Below are positions 62,611-64,000 of a stretch of DNA of 64,000 bases, piece by piece. The translations under genes and the position numbers were made by a program. The stretch is taken from contig NC_135254.1 of NCBI RefSeq assembly GCF_964204865.1, positions 4,402,001 to 4,466,000 of the forward strand, written 5' to 3'. The notes under the pieces are model-generated. The model was not told the origin of the DNA and did not search any database. It was given only the letters and a program-made list of their open reading frames with translations. Source of the stretch: Styela clava (lineage: Eukaryota). Position 1 is the stretch's first letter, and each line of letters starts with the position of its first letter.

Positions 62611-64000
62611 GCTTGACTCTAGAAGTTTAAATAACAAATAATTGTCAACTTTACTTGATATGCCCATGCATGGAGTACTGCTGCCACATCTGGGCTGATA
62701 ATCGTATGACTTTTCTAAAGTATATTATCCGAACTTAACAACAGTTATTTTAATGAATGAAACTCATTTAAACATTTGGACTTCACAATATTTGGAACCT
62801 AACTTCACTAGAAATGCAAACAGTGGATAATGGAACTTATAATACTACTGAGTGTTACCATTAAAATTTGCCTGTTTATTGTGTGTCTGGATTTCAGAGT
62901 GAGCCATAAAACAGGTTCTGACAAATAGATTTTTAACTTTTGTATTAGTCAACACATTTATTTTGACAGATTTTAAATCCATTAGAATTAGGACTGAGTA
63001 TTAATTTAGTAAAAACATTTGCTTTATATTGTTATATATTTAATATACATATCGTAACTAAAAAGAACCATGTACTAGAAGAAGTGTAACAATTATTATT
63101 CATAAATAATTAATTTATAACAGATAACCCACTTTTGGCCGCCCATTTTATCAGTATCCAATAATCAATAATAACTAATAACATGTAATTATCGAATAAG
63201 CACAAAGCCATGTTTAAACTCCACTGATATCTCACAATATGTATAAAACTACTGTTATTTGGGAGGTCCACAGTCTTTTCGGTATAACATTGTCTACCTA
63301 ATTTATTACACTCTGGTGAGGTTGGGGGCATGGCAGAGGCAAGGCTAATGCTTTAACTGCTAGGCCAGCGCGCCACCCTATTCTGATAACAGTCATTTGC
63401 AAATGCACTGAATTTGGGTGTGTCATATGATGTACAATGACTTTAAAAATAAATGGAACAAAAGCATGCAAACTTAATTTGCACAAATCACTGATGCATG
63501 GAATAATGGGCTAATGCTAATGTGACTGAACCAAAACTAGAGTCAAAATTAGAAAGGTTTTCTATTTTCTCTTTCCTCCACATTTTAAAACATACCTAGA
63601 CATGAGCATTGACTAAATAAATATTTTTTCTCAAGAAATATTTCTTAAAGCAAGATATCGCGTAATCATTTATTCAAAAAAATACTGATCTCTGAGCAAA
63701 GATACGAGGAACTACAGAAGTGCCATTAACTATAAAAAAAAATAGGGTGAGGTATCACTTTGCTCAATGTTGTATAAATAAAACAAAAATTCAGCTTGGT
63801 ACAGGGGAAAATGTTGCCAACACATTGTATAATGTTTAAAATGACCTTCATGTAAAACAAGATTTAAATTACATATGTCAATGCAACTGAAAATTTCATG
63901 ACTCAAACTCTATTTGTGAATCAAAACAGCAGTAACTTGACTGCTGACTTTGTAGTGACTCGACTTGTGACAAGAAGTTTGAAATTTGTTGATTAAAACA

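Noticed and set aside
59100-64000. Protein-coding gene in the last 5 kb
   Set aside because: Only short ORFs, MITE/SINE fragments and a local decayed duplication (~61700-61980 vs ~62830-63050); no recognisable exons.

Overview
AT-rich, intron-containing animal genomic DNA. It is compact and rich in MITEs and SINEs, and looks like an invertebrate chordate such as an ascidian (inference only). Genes reconstructed by hand from GT-AG splice sites, left to right: first coding exon of PEX19 (-); intronless TIMM8 (-); a fold-type I, class-V PLP enzyme of the Egt2/CefD/cysteine-desulfhydrase type (-); intronless TMEM9 (-); FGFR1OP2/SIKE (+). The PLP gene has 7 shared exons and three tandem, homologous, same-phase alternative last exons. 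A tandem segmental duplication (~18-32 kb vs ~38-53.5 kb) produced a broken, chimeric second FGFR1OP2 and two apparently intact minus-strand paralogs. Both paralogs end in coiled-coil plus a RING-less Deltex C-terminal (DTC) domain but have unrelated heads: an IRE1-like kinase in one and BTB-BACK-BACK in the other. Their DTC exons differ mostly by amino-acid-changing substitutions. The rest is tRNA-derived SINEs, hAT/Tc1/Helentron-type non-autonomous elements and apparent TA-CCGG-TA transposon footprints. All gene models are sequence-only predictions with no transcript support.
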